Shown here: positions 24,913 to 42,197 of the stretch, one piece after another
Layout: the number at the start of each line of letters is the position of its first letter
How positions within the stretch are numbered: position 1 is the first letter of the stretch
Assembly (NCBI RefSeq): GCF_009914755.1
Contig: NC_060926.1
Length of the DNA stretch: 64,000 bases
Direction: 5' to 3' (one strand)
From: the human T2T-CHM13v2.0 reference genome, Homo sapiens
Position numbers and translations under genes: made by a program
Notes under the pieces: generated by a model
Told to the model about the DNA's origin: nothing
What the model saw: only the letters and a program-made list of their open reading frames with translations
Database searches by the model: none

Positions 24913-25288
24913 TGTATTATTCCATTCTCACACTGCTATGAAGAAATACTCAAGACAGGGTAATTTATAATGGAAAGAGGTGTAATTGACTCATAGTTCC
25001 ATATTGCTTGGGAGGCCTCAGGAAACTTACAATCCTAGTGGAAGGTGAAGGGTGAGCAGGAACCTTCTTCACAGGGCGGCAAGATGGAGTGAGTGCCCAG
25101 TGAAGGGGGAAGCCCCTTGTAAAACCATTAGCTCTCATGAGAGCTCACTCACTATTATGATAACAGCATCAAGGAAACTGCCCCCATGATTCAATTATCT
25201 CCACCTGTTATACCCTCAACACGTGGGGACTATAAGTATTACAATTCAAGATAAGATTTGGGTGGGGACACAAAGCCTAACCATATCA
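24913..25288 (-). mobile_element. THE1D solo LTR
   Basis: TGTATTA..CCATATCA termini, GAAGGGGGAAGCCCCTTGTAAAACC, TSD GAAAT/AAAAT. Confidence 0.93.
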
Positions 25289-25812
25289 AAAATTTTATGT
25301 AATATAGAAAAGAGGATAAGAAACATATATGATGTGGTAGGATGAACTAGTATATAAATAATAATAATTTGACTTACAGTAATTCAAATGGGAGAAGAGA
25401 ATATCAAAATAATATGAGTATTCTGGGTATGCCATAAAGACAAAATGATTCTTTTCTACAAAACCATTTGCTGTTAATATTCTGATGGTGATAGACCTAG
25501 AGCCATGTGTAAATGACCAGTTTTAAGCCATACTAATTGAGAGACATGAAAATAACTATTCTTTTTTCTCTGCCTTCGGGCCTCTCATCTACACTACCAG
25601 CTGGTGGCAGTGTGTAGATGGCAGAAATGTGGTCCATACTAAAAAAGTTCTCATTTCCTTCAGGAATTCTGTGATGCGATCAAGAAATTTCAAGGGAAGA
25701 CATTGTTAGCAGATGTGTTGTTCTACATTTGAACTATAAAGTACTTTGAATAGTTAATTTAACATGACCTGAAGTTGAAGTTTTTTAAATATTTTCCTGC
25801 ATACTCTGGTTA

Positions 25813-26146
<334 letters not shown>

Positions 26147-26231
26147 TTACAACATTTGAATTGGAAGCCAGAGTTCACACAAGCAGCACAATGGATGATG
26201 CAGCATCCTGAGTAATTACGTAGCTCAGCAT

Positions 26232-26450
26232 TAAATAAAACAATACTATATATGAGATTTATGTTAAGTGAGTAGATTTTAGTCGTTCTTGCCACAAAAG
26301 CAAAAACAAAACAAAAAAAACAACAAAGTGAGATGATGTATATATTCATTTGCTTCACTATAGCAACGTTTTTACTATATCTATGTGTCTCATAACATCA
26401 TGTTGTATACCTTAAATGTACACTATAAAATGTATTAAAATAAATAAGTA
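26232..26450 (+). mobile_element. L1MA/L1MB 3' end
   Basis: GAGTAGATTTTAG..GTGAGATGATG..AACATCATGTTGTATACCTTAAAT..A-rich tail. Confidence 0.85.
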
Positions 26451-26753
26451 AATTGAATTAGTTGAAGAGAGAAGAAAATCTATATTGTTTCAATATGAAT
26501 ATCTATCCTAAATATCTTTAGTGTAGACAGCATGGCCAGAGATTTTTAAAAGAGAACATTTTATAATGGTAAAATTCAGTCAACCAGATATAAAAGATTT
26601 TAATATGTCTGAATATAGAAATATATTTTTAGTTTCAGAAAACACACTTTGACAGAACTATGAAGAAAAATAATCCATAATCATTAGTGGGAGTTTTAAC
26701 ACACCTTTCTTAGTAAACTTTATGTTAAGAAGACAAAATCTGTACAGGAGAAG

Positions 26754-26903
26754 TAGACTATACCATATAACCTAGTGTGTAGTTGGCTATACCATCTAGG
26801 TTTGTGTAAGTACACCCAACGATGTTTGTACAAGGAATAAATTAAATTGCCTAACAATGCATTTCTCAGAACATATCCTCATCATTAAGTGACACGAAAT
26901 TGT
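26754..26903 (+). mobile_element. Tigger3 (Golem) terminal fragment
   Basis: GGCTATACCATCTAGGTTTGTGTAAGTACAC..TTGCCTAACAATGCATTTCTCAGAACATATCC; colinear with 42705-42839. Confidence 0.88.
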
Positions 26904-28222
26904 TTTTGTATATCTTCATCTGTGAAGTGCTATTCAATTGCCTTATGCATATTTTTGCTATGGTTCCTTTCTTTGCCTTATGACTTGAAGCATTTATTTA
27001 TACCTTGTAGATTCAATCTCTTTGTCAAAGATACAAGTTAGAAATATATTTTCAATATTTACTTTTTAATTTAATTAATGTTGTTTTTAGAAGAAATATC
27101 TTTATGTTAATGCCATCAACATTTATCAATATTTTCTTTCTAATTAATGATTTACATGTTCTATTTGAGAAATATTTTCCTATATTGAAGTCTAAAAATA
27201 TTTTTGTGTATTGTATTTCTAAAGCTTTTTTTAGTTACCTTAACATTCAGACTTACACTCCAATGGAATTGATTTCAGTACAAGCCATAGATATAGATGT
27301 GTACATGAATACCAACTATTTCCAGCACCATTTATTGAAAAAAAAACACTGTTACTTTTCCTCTACTCTCAGGGTACATTTTGTATATTAAATATCCATG
27401 TACGTGTGCTGTCTTTCTAACATAGTGGGCTCATTATTTTGTTTCATTGGTCTAGTTGCTTATTTCTACACAAATACTGTGCTGTCTTAATGATAGTAAC
27501 TTTACAAGAATTCTTAATACCCAATAGGGTCTAGTTTTCCCATTTTGTTCTTCTTATTCAATATTAATTTTGATTATTCTTGGTCCTTTGCCCTTCTACA
27601 TGATTTTTAGTATTGGCTTGGCAATATTAACAAACTATTTTATTAGAGATTGAATTGGGTAAATCTGGTAGGATTTGGGCAAATGTGACATTATTACAAT
27701 ATTAAGTCTTGTATTATATTAAAATGGTACATTCCTCCACTTATGAAGGATTTGTGTGGGAGAGTGGAGACTAGAAAAAGCAAATAGATCTTGTATCCAA
27801 CAAAATTGCTTACAACCTGATTGGTTCTAAAATAATCATCTACAAATTATTTTGGATATTCTGCATACATAATGCTAATATCATAACAAATAATATGGCA
27901 GTTTCATTTCATGCTTTAATCCATATAACTTTTGTTGAATTTTCCTTCTCTTAATGGACTATCCAGGGCTGCAAATATATATTGAATAAAAGTGTATACT
28001 CTGCCCATCCATTCTGTGTCCCTGAGATCAAAGAAAAAGCTTTCAACATTCCACCAAGTGTAATGCTTTCTCATTTTCATTTCTTGTGGCTATGTTGTAT
28101 CAGAATGAAAATGATTCTTATTTTTAATTATGAATGAGTGTTTATAAATGGATTGTTCTGCATCCATTGCGATAATCCTCTGAGTTTTCTCATGCTATTA
28201 TGGAGGGAAATTACAAAATAGT

Positions 28223-30922
<2,700 letters not shown>

Positions 30923-31849
30923 CCCTAACTTTACTTTCAGAACTAAACACAACTTGAATAATTGATATATTTTGCTATATTTTCTTTGCCTTTTTAAGAT
31001 TTTAAAATTAATTTGTGAATGTGACTGGCCTATCATTTTTCTTTTTTGCAAGAGCTGTGTCATGCATTTCTTAATCAGCATTACGTTGGTCTAAAAATAA
31101 AGAAACTGACCTAATAGGCAGAGCATCTTTTATTTTCTTTCCAATTTATCTGAAAAAAGTGTAAAAGTTTGGCATTATTTCTTCCTTAACTATTCAGTAC
31201 AATCTTCAGGTGAAGGTATTTGTGCATGGAATTATTAGTGGGATAATTTTAATTAAGAATACTGCTTTATTTATCCTCTATCATGCCACTTACCTATTTA
31301 AATATCATGGAAAACAAGAATAATACCACTTCTATTGCACACAGTGGTAATATTGCCCTTAGATTAGGCAAGGGGAAACTCTACCCTTAGTTACACAATG
31401 ATCAATTAGTCCATTTGCCAGTAACAGTCTTTGTTTTAAACCTTAAAACTCCCTCCATCCCAGTAAATGCCTCAGTCTCATGCAGACCACAAAAGCTAGT
31501 TACCCTAGCATTGCCTACGTGGCAACTCTGAGTACTAAGGGGATCTATATATCAAGCATAAGAGCTATAAATTTGCTTTAGAATTGAAAGCAAAAAGAGG
31601 AAATAAAAAATTGCCAAGGTTAATAATATTTTTTTTAAAAAAGGGAAATGAGTTATAAGCTGTGTCTAGTTGGGGTTCATACAAGAAAATAAGCTAAAAC
31701 AATTTATGTTTTTATTTAAAGACATAATCTAAGAACATGTTTCTGAAATTGCAAAATGTCTTACATGTATATAATTAAGGGTGCATTATGTGCTGGGAAA
31801 ACCAACCCAGAATGATTAACAATGAGAAAATTCTGCTAAGTTATTCAAT

Positions 31850-33860
31850 TAAAAAGACAAACAGAATCCTGCAAAAAAAAAAAAAAGGTGCAACTCTCTA
31901 GAAATTAATCTAAGGCTTAATATAATTTCAATCAAAATTCTAATGACTGTTTTTTTATTCAAATTAGTAATCTAATTCCAAATTTTATGGGAATGTGCAA
32001 AGAATGAGAGTTTAGACACGCCTGAAAAGTAATCAGAAAGCCTGACAACTAATATGAAATTATAGTAATTAAGCCTATTTTAGTATACATTTAGTTTTAT
32101 GTAAGTATACTAACAGAGCAGAATAAATCCAAGATAGTACCCACCCATATATGGAAGCTTGATTTATAATAGGGATAAATAGAAAAAACGTTAGGCTTTT
32201 AAGTAAATGGTACTAACAGACAGTAACTGGTGCACCTTGAATAAGTAATTGATTGTAGGGTTAGAGAAGAGTAGATCCAAGATAACCTGGAATATTCTGT
32301 CAAGCCAGAAGATCAGATGGGAGCATGAAATGAATATGCAGGAACCAGATTGAGGAGATTCCAAGGCTCTCATGGGCCAAATCTGGGAGGATTTGAACAA
32401 CAAAAATAATCAAGTCCAGTAATAAATTATAATAATTAATGTTGAAATATAATAATTAATGTAGAAATATAATAAATGTAGAAATTTGTGATTATTCAAT
32501 AATGAATATATAAAAATAGATCATAAAAATGATACACACACACATACATACATATAGGAAAATGGAGGCTCTTGACTGCAGTAGAATACTGAAAGCTAAC
32601 TACTAAATATGAAATGAGTCCTGGAGATGGAAAATTATCATATTGCTGTCATTATGGTAAAGCTGAGATCAGGCAAAAATCATCAGTGGATGCCCTGTAT
32701 AGGGAGAAATATTTATGAGGTCACAATATCTGCATGATGCTAACGTGTTCTCCCATTGACTCTTTACATTAGTTTTGAGAAACAGTTTAACAACAGCATT
32801 TAAAAAATATATGAATTGGCAGTGCAGAATGGGAGCAACACCTTTACCGATGCTTAACGTTACTATCATCAGTGACATCATGTGCCTGCTGATATGAAAC
32901 CTTGAGACATACCACAGATGCATAAACTCATCCTAGTCAGGAGAAAATGTCAAAAACAAAATGAGGATTGTTTTCTTTAAAAAGGAGATGGACTTCAACT
33001 TCTTTGGGTATGACCATATTGCCAAAGACCAAGAATGGCTTTGAAAGTGTCAAGCTAAAGAGACATGACAGCTCTATAGTATCTGATCCAGAGGTTGGAT
33101 TCTGTTACTAGAGTGGGAAAGTGCTATGTACAACATAATTAGGGGTCACCTGGGAAAAGTCGAATATGAGGAATAGACTAGATAAAAGTATAAATTCAAT
33201 GTAAATTTATAGATTCGATAACTACTGTGGTTATGTAAAATAATACCCTTATTATTAGGAAATATATATAGAATTATTTAGTGGTAAACAGTCATGAGGA
33301 ATGTAATTGACGAACAGACATATCTATGTATATGTGTGCATGTATATATACACACATAATTTAGATATATGAATAATAGGGAAATGTAGGTAAATAATGT
33401 ATTTGCTTTGTATTATTTTTATTTTCAGCAATACTCTTTAAATTTGAAATGATTTCCAAGTTAACATTTATTTTAAAAGTTGATAAATAATGCTAGAAAA
33501 TATTCCAAATTTATTCAGGAAAAAAAGCTTTAGACTTTGGCACATAATAAACACAAATTGCATGTGTATTAAAGACTTAATGTGAAATAAAACATCATAA
33601 AATTTATATGACAATATGAATATTGCAGAATATTCATTGGTATCGCTGTAAATATTCCCTGCTAGGATTATAAGCTAGAAAACTCTTACATGTCCACCAA
33701 AAACATACACAAAAATGTTTAAATATTTATAGCTGCTCTATGGTAGTCCTATAAATAAAACAAAACTGGAAACAACTCAAACTCTGTCACCAATTAAACA
33801 CATAATTTGTGGAATATATGCTCTATGGAATAGTATAAGGCATGTAAAATGCTTGTTTTT
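31850..33860 (+). mobile_element. Ancient L1 fragments (L1ME-like ORF2 3' end with an L1MC-like 3' UTR)
   Basis: CAATCAAAATTCTAATG..TAATTCCAAATTTTATGGGAATG, CATATATGGAAGCTTGATTTAT; GATCAGGCAAAAATCATCAGTGGATGC; GATAACTACTGTGGTTATGTAAAATAATACCCTTATTATTAGGAAATA. Confidence 0.7.
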
Positions 33861-33866
33861 AAGCTG

Positions 33867-36159
33867 CAGGCATATATTGTTGTATTGTTCTTGGCTGTAT
33901 TGTGCTTCACAGATCTTGCATTTTGTACAGACTGAAGGTTTGTGGCAATCCCACTTTAAAAAATTCTACCAGCACCTCTTTCCAACAGCATGTGTTCACT
34001 TCATATCTATGTGCCACATTTTGGTAATTTTCTCAACATTTCAAACTTTTTCATTGTTGTTATTACATCTGTGATGATGATTTGTGATCAGTGATTTTTA
34101 ATGTTACATTGTAATTGTTTTGGGGTATCAAGAACCATGCCCATATAAGAAGGTGAATGATCATCCCCCATTTCACTCCTTTCCTCAAGCCTCTCTATTT
34201 CCTCGAAACAAAAAATATTAAAAAGAGGACAACCAACCATCCTGCAATGGCCTCTAAGTATACAGATGAAAGACTCATATGTCTCTGGTGTTAAATCAAA
34301 AGCCAGAAATCATAAGCGAGAAAGGAACATCAAAAGCTGAGATAGGCTAAAACTAGGCCTCTTGCATCAAACAGGCAAGTTGTGAATGCAAACGAAAAGC
34401 TCTAGAAGGAAATTAAAAGTGCCATTCCAGTGAATGCACAAATAATAAGAAAGCAAAACACTCTTATATTGCTGATATGTAGAAAGTTTTAGTGGCCTGG
34501 ATAGAAGATCAAAGCAGCCATAACATTTCTTTAAGCCAAAAGCCTAATCAGAGCAAGGTCTTAACTCTCTTCAGTTCTATGAAGGCTGAGAGAGATGAGG
34601 CAACTGTAGATGAAAAGTTGGAGTTTAGCAAGGTTGGTTTGTGATGCTTAAGGAAAGAATCCTTCACTCTAACGCAAAAGCACAAGGTGAAGCAGCAAGT
34701 GCTGATGTAGAAGCTGCAGCCCGTTATCTAGATCTACCTAAAAGGTAATTGATGAAGTTGGATGAACTACACAATAGATTTTCTGTATAGATGAAACAGC
34801 CTTATATTGGAAGAAGATTTCATCTAGAACTTTCATAGCTGTAGAGGAGAAGTCAATGCCTGGCTTCATAGGAAAGGCTGACTCCTTGTTAGGAATGAAT
34901 GCAGCTGGTAACTTTAAGTTGAAGCCAATGCTCATTTATAATTCTGAAAATCCTACATCTGCTCTACCTGTGCTTTACAAATTTAATAACAAAGCCTGGG
35001 TGACAGCACATCTGTTTATAGCATGGTTTACTGAATATTTTAAGCCCACTGTTGTGATGTACTGCTCAGAAAAAATGATTCCTTCCAAAATATCACTGCT
35101 CATTGACACTACACCTGGTCATCCAAGAGTCTTGATGGAGATGCAAGTTTAACGTTGTTTCCATGCCCGCTAACACAGTGTCCATTCTGCACCACGGATC
35201 AAGGAGTCATTTCAACTTTTAAGTAATATTATTTAAGAAATACTTTTTATTAGGCTATAGATTTCATAGATAGTGATTTCTCTGATGGATCTGGGAAAAG
35301 GAAATTGAAAACCTTCTGGAAAGGTTTCACCATTCCAAGTGCCTTTAAAACATTCATGATTCGTGGGAAGAGGTCAAAATATCAATAACAAGAGTTTAGA
35401 AGAAGTTGATTCCAGTCCTTATGGACGTCTTTGAGGAGTCCAAGGCAACAGTATAGAAGATCTCTGCAGATGTGAAAACAGCAAAAGAGCTAGACTCTGA
35501 AGTGGAACCAGAAGATTTGACTGAATTGCTGCAATGTCATGATAAAACTTGAATGGATGAAGAGCTACTTCTTAAGGATGAGCAAAGAAAGTGGTTTCTT
35601 GAAATGGAATCTATTCCTAAGACACTGTGAACATTCTTGAAATGACAATAAAGGATTTAGATTATATCAGCTTTGTTTGGCAAAACAGTGGTAGGTTTTG
35701 AGACAAGAGACCTCAATTTTGAAAGAAGTTCTATCAAGTAAAATGCTATCAAACAGCATCACATGCTGTAGATAAATCTTTCAGGAAAGGGAGAGTCAAT
35801 TGATGTGGTAAGCTTCTTTCCTGTCTTATTTTAAGAAATGGCACAGCCACTCCAACCTTCATCAACTACCATCCTGATCAGTTAGCAGCCATCAGCATCA
35901 AGACAAGACCCTCCACATGCAAAAAAATTAAGACTACCTGAAGGCTCAGATGATCATTTGCATTTTTCAGCAATAAAGTATTTTTAAATTAAGATATGTG
36001 CATTGCTTTTATGACATAATGCTGTTGCCTGCTTATAGACTACAGTATCTTGTAAATATAACTTTTATATGCACTGAGAAACCAGAAAATGTATGTGAAT
36101 CACCTTATTTTGGCATTTGTTTTATTGCAGTGGTCTAGAATATCTTCAAGGTGTCCTTG
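33867..36159 (+). mobile_element. Near-full-length Tigger1 with disrupted transposase
   Basis: CAGGCATA..TGAAGGTTTGTGGCAA start. ORF 34856-35152 (KLKPMLIY..AWFTEYFKPTV..LLIDTTPGHPR) is the Tigger1/TIGD1-type DDE domain. Ends AGGTGTCCTTG|TA. Confidence 0.96.
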
Positions 36160-36499
36160 TACCTGCAACAATAAGGATGGATCTTAGAAACATGGGTTAA
36201 GGAAGACAACAAGAAAATTGCAGAAGAATTCATTCAGTATTATTTTTATTATATAAAACCCAGACCTGCACACACATGTGCATGCATATGCATTCATTGT
36301 GGGATAGCATGAAAACACACATGGTAAAACTATAGAGAAAAATATAAAATACAGGGAGGTGGAGAAGTGTGAAAGAAAGGGAAGGAGGTTGAGACATTCA
36401 AAGAGAAGCACAGAGGGGTTTCAGAGGTAATGATGAAATATTTCTAATTATACAATGGATAGTTGGAATTCAAATATGATGTTATCATTAAGTCTTTAT

Positions 36500-37151
36500 C
36501 CTAAGGCAGATTGTATTTTCCATACCTGGACAAACCAACAGCAGCCCATACTACATTCTAATTACAATGTGGTGTTGAAACACTTCAGTAGAAAGGTAGT
36601 GTCTATGTTTCCTCTCTTTTATTCTGAGTGGAGCTTTGAATTTGCCTCCACCAATAGAGTTCCACTGCATACCATGATTTGACCACTGAGGCTAGGTCAT
36701 AGTAGGTGATCTAACTCTTTCTCTCTTCCTCACCTCTCTCTCTCCCTTCCCCTATCTCTCTTTATCAAGGAATGTGCCTTTGAAGCCCTAAGCTGCCATA
36801 TATATGGCTACTGTGAACACGCTGGCTACTGTGCTACAAAGATCACACAGAGAGAACAGATACAGAGAAACAGAGAGAGATTCCTGGGGAACCCTAGCTG
36901 CTTCAGTTCCTAGCTTTTGAGGCATCCCAAACCAGAGGCCAGATGCGTGAATGAATGAGCTCTTGGATGATGGCAGCTGCAACCTTTTAGTCTTCTAGCT
37001 GAGGCCCCACACACTGTAAAACAGAGAGAAAAAAAAAACCCAGTGTCTTGTCTGAATTTCTGAAACACGAAATTTATGAGCATAATAAATGGTTGTTTTA
37101 CACCACTGAGTTTTGAGATAATTTGTGCACGCATCCATAGTAACTGGTACA
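36500..37151 (+). mobile_element. MLT1H-like MaLR LTR
   Basis: CAGATTGTATTTTCCA..ACCAATAGAG..TGAGGCTAGGTCATA..GCATAATAAATGGTTGTTTTACACCACTGAGTTTTG..ATAGTAACTGGTACA. Confidence 0.8.
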
Positions 37152-37184
37152 TTGCCTTACCCTTTTGAAAATAGATTCCTTTGT

Positions 37185-37330
37185 ATCAACTTCACTTCTG
37201 ATAAAACAATTTTAAAAAGGCAATGGAACAAAGTGTACAGAATTTTGAGAACAAAAACATCCCACACACTGTATTCTCAGCAAATGTATTTTTTAGATGT
37301 AAAATCAAAATGAAACAAAGAATTTTAGGT
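37185..37330 (+). mobile_element. L1/HAL1 ORF1 fragment
   Basis: Translation KRQWNKVYRILRTK resembles ORF1p RRQW..IFK.L. Confidence 0.5.
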
Positions 37331-37512
37331 AGGAAGGGGCTCTTTGAGACTTTATCAACTCATTGATTAAAGGCACAACATATGATTATTTCAGTACTTT
37401 GCTCAGGTAACTTGAAATATATTGTATGTAAATTAATTTGCAAATTATTAGGACATTTAAGAAATTATTTTATTGGTTGAGACAGAAAATCACTTAAGAA
37501 AACAAAATCTTT

Positions 37513-39814
37513 TCTATTAGTCTGTTTTCATGCTGCTGATAAAGACATACCCAAGACTGGGCAATTTACAAAAGAAAGAGACTTATCTGACTTACAGCTC
37601 CACCTGGCTGGGGAGGCCTCACAATCATGATGGAAGGCTAGGAGAAGCAAGTCACATCTTACATGGATGGCATCAAGCAAAGAGAGAGCTTGTGCAGAGA
37701 AACTCCAGCTGTTAAAATCATCAGATCATGAGACGAATTCACTATCCCGAGAACAGCACAGGAAAGACTCACCCCCATGGATCAATTACCTCCCACTACG
37801 TTCCTCCCACAACATGTGGGAATTGTGGGAGTTACAATTCAAGATGAGATTTGGTGGCAAGACAGCCAAACCATATCATTCCCCCAGCCCCTCCCAAATC
37901 TCATGTTCTCACATTTCAAAACCAATCATGTCTTTCCAACAGTCCCCCAGAGTCTCAACTCATTTCAGCATTAACTTAAAACTCCACAGTCCAAAGTGTC
38001 ATCTGAGACAAGTCCCTTCCACCTATGAACCTGTGAAATCAAAAGCTAGTTACTTCCTAGATACAACAAGGGGTACAGGCATTTGGGTAAATACAGCTAT
38101 TCCACATGGGAGAAATTGGACAAAACAAATGGGCTACAGGCCTCATACAGTCTGAAATCCAGTGGGGCAGTCAAATCTTGAAGTTCAAAATGATTTCCTT
38201 TGACTCCATGTCTCACATCCAGGTCACATTGATGCAAGAGGTGGATTCCTATTGTCTTGGGCAGCTCCTCCCATGTGGCTTTGAAGGATATAGATCCCCC
38301 CCGGCTGCTTTCACAGGCTGTCATTGTTGGCAGCTTCTCCAGGTGCATGGTGCAAGCTGTTGGTGGATCTAGCATTCTGGGGTCTGGAGGACTATGGCCC
38401 TCTTCTCACAGCTCCACCAGGTGGTGCCCCAGTATGGACACTGTGTGGGGGCTCCAACCCCACATTTCCCTTCCACAGTGCCCTAGCAGAGGTTCTCCAT
38501 AAAAGTGCCTCCCCTGCAGCAAACTTCTGCTTGGACATCCAGGCATTTCTATACATCTTCTGAAATCTAGGTGGAGGTTCCCAAACCCCAATTCTTGACG
38601 TCTGTGTACTGGCAGGCTCAACCCTATATGGAAGTTGCCAAGGCTTGAGGCTTGCACCCTCTGAAGCCACAGCCCAAACTCTATATTGGTCCCTTTCAAC
38701 ATGGCTGGAGCAGCTGGGATGCAGGGAATCAAGTTCCTAGGTTGCACACAGCACTGTGACCCTGGGTCTGGTCCAGGAAACCACTTTTTCCTCCTAGGCC
38801 TCCAGGCCTGTGTTGGGAGGTGCTGCCATGAAGACCTCTGACATGCTTTGAAGATATTTTCCACATTATCTTGGGGATTAACATTTGGCTCCTCATTACT
38901 TATGCAAATTTCTGCAGCAGGCTTGAATTTCTCCTCAGTAAATGGCTTTTTCTTTTCTATTGCATTGTAAGGCTGCAAGTTTCCCTAATGTTTATACTCT
39001 GCTTTGCATATAAAACTGAATGCCTTTAACAGTGCCCAAGTTACCTCTTGAATGCTTTGCTGCTTAGAAATTTCTTCCACTAGATACTCTAAATCACCTC
39101 TCTCAAGTTTAAACTTTCACAAATCTCTAGGGCAGGGGCAAAATGCTGCCAGTCTCTTTGCTAAAACATAGGAAGAGTCACCTTTGCTCCAGTTCCCAAC
39201 AAGTTCCTCATCTCCATCTGAGACCACCTCAGCCTGGATTTCATTGTCCATATCATTATCAGCATTTTGGTCAAAGCCATTCAACAAGTCTTTAGGGAGT
39301 TTCAAAATTTCTCACATTATCCCGTGCTTTTTTTGAGCCCTCCAAACTGTTCCAAGCTCGGCCTGTTACCCAGTTCCAAAGTTACTTCCACATTTTCATA
39401 TATCTTTTCAGTAGTGCCTTATTCTACTGGTACCAATTTACTGTATTAGTCTGTTTTCATGCTGATGGCAAAGACGTACCTGAGACTGGGCAGTTTACAA
39501 AAGAAAGAGGTTTATTGGACTTACAGCTCCCACATGGCTGAGGAGGCCTCATAATCATGGCAGAAGGCAAGGAGGAGCAGCAAGTCACATCTTACATGGA
39601 TGGAATCAGGCAAAGAGAGAGCTTGTGCAGAGAAAGTCCTGCTTTTAAAATCATCAGATCTTGTGAGACTCATTCACTATCATGAGAACAGCACAGGAAA
39701 GCCTGGTCTTCATGAATCAATGAACTCCAACCAGGTTCCTCCCATAACACACGGGAAGTGTGGGAGTTACAATTCAAGATGAGATTTGGATGGTGACACA
39801 GCCAAACCATGTCA
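37513..39814 (-). mobile_element. Full-length THE1B element (LTR 37513-37878, internal, LTR 39442-39814)
   Basis: Both LTRs carry TATTAGTCTGTTTTCATGCTG..ACTGGGCA(A/G)TTTACAAAAGAAAGAG; TSD TCTTT/TCTGT. Internal minus-strand ORFs (KLPKDLLNGFDQNADNDMDNEIQAEVVSDGDEELVGNWSKGD) match the THE1 internal ORF. Confidence 0.96.
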
Positions 39815-40481
39815 TCTGTCTTTCCTACTTCCTTCAACAAAATCCAGTTTTATTTTATGCCATTTCAAGCATAAACTATTCATGTTCAGGCAGTCTTAAA
39901 ACTACCATCATCTTACAATTTATGCTTCTATCTCAATATTCTTGGCTCATGAGATTCTTGGCTAATGTAAATAACCTAATATCTTCCTGTTCCTTAATGA
40001 TGTTCTATTAATTCTTTAATAAATAACTCAAAATATTTTATTATATTTGATGAAGATTTTCTTAATAATTTTAAAAAATAATAATGCCTCTTTTTAAAGA
40101 AACAACTGCTTGAACATCACAATTATACTAGTATGTGTGGTCATATCCTCTAATTGTCAGACAAAATACAGATTGATGCATTTATTATATATAATATTTA
40201 TTATAATATTCTGTGTTTATTTACAGTATATCTTCAAACAAAAAATTCCAAAGATGTGAAAAATTATGATACTATAATGTGTAACATCAAAGGCAGACAT
40301 AAAATTTAATGTACAATAGAATATCATCCATGTAGAAAACTACACTATAAAGACTAGAGGAAAATACATTAAATGGTTGAACATGACAATCCGTGAGTAT
40401 TGGGATTATAGTGATTAGTCATTCCCATCTTTAAAATTTTCTTGTCTTCTCTTTATCTTTTGCTATGTTCATGTATTATAA

Positions 40482-40846
<365 letters not shown>

Positions 40847-41094
40847 CTTTTCTTTTTAATTAGAAAATTAATTTCAGGCTAGAGCAGGATAATTAATGGC
40901 ATATTTATACTTTTTCCTGCATAAGTTCAGGATTTATTTATATTCTGAGAGTTTTTCCCATAAAATGATATTCTACAGTATACCAGTTTTGTTATCTATA
41001 TTTTTAAGTGCATGCTTTCTCTACTGATTTAGCTTCTAATTCCTTAATGAAGTTAATTGAATATCAGTATTGATTAGGTTAGTCTAATAATAAT

Positions 41095-41342
41095 AAAATA
41101 TTGAGCATTCTTTACAGGCTAGTAGCACAGAGTATTTGACACTTTGTGTGCACATTTACATTATATTTCAAAAAATTCTTATGGCTCAGAAACTATTTTC
41201 ATCACCATTTTAGAGATGAGGAACCTGACATTAAAAGTGTTAAGTACCTCACCAATGTTCACTCATTAGTAAGTGGAAGAGCAGGATTCAAAGACAAGCT
41301 GGTGTGAATCTGGAAATAAAAATCTACAACACTCTGCCATAT
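41095..41342 (-). mobile_element. MIR
   Basis: CCATTTTAGAGATGAGGAACCTGA..TTAAGTACCT..TAGTAAGTGGAAGAGCAGGATTCAAA. Confidence 0.85.
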
Positions 41343-42197
41343 CCTATCCTTTGTATGCTTTGTATCTCCTCACTGTGCCTAGCATATCATCCTGTGCATA
41401 GTAGACACTTAATTAGTAATTGTGGGATGATTGATGGCATCATGTCTAACAATTAAAAAGAAACAAAAACGATTAACAAGTTTTGACTAATGTTCATAAG
41501 TGCATTTTATGTAATTTAATAGTGTATGAAATATTCTGGAATTTATCTTATTCAATAGAGAAAATGATACCCCTCTTAAATGCAGCAGCCCCTCTTGCAT
41601 ACTGCAATAGAAAGACTGCTTTTGATTTTACGAGTCAGGGCACCACTAAATATGTCTTTAAATTTTTCATTTTAAGTCCATTTTCCTTTTCTGCTCCAAC
41701 AACATATTCTCTGAAAAGTGTAATTAAATCCCTATTTTCTAGAATAGCAGCAACAACAACAGCAAAAGATAAGTTGACATGGCAGGTCATCAACAAAAGA
41801 GAAACTGAATAACACTGTAGGTACCAGACATACCACATTATTCAAATCTAAATTACTTGCAAATGACAGCTTTCCCTGTTATGAGTAATGAGAGGAGTAA
41901 CATTCTCATTTATTCCAATAGGCAATGCTTTTCTGAGTGAATGTGTGAACTGATGTAACTTCAAGTTTTTCTGTGGGTTTTCTCTATTGAACCATCTATT
42001 TCTTTTTGAGGAAGAATTCAGTCATTTCACTTATATCTAGAAAATAAATTTAAATATTTCTACCTTAAATAAAACTTATTTTCACTACATTATGATTAAT
42101 TTATTAATTTAATTCTTACATGTTACTAGCGTATCAGGTAGAGTTGCAGAAAGTCCTGTGTAAGTACCTTATTCATAGATGACACGATTTACATGTA

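Noticed and set aside
41483-41838. Opposing 109-aa and 67-aa ORFs in unique DNA
   Set aside because: Non-ATG starts, no recognisable homology or splice context; such lengths arise by chance.
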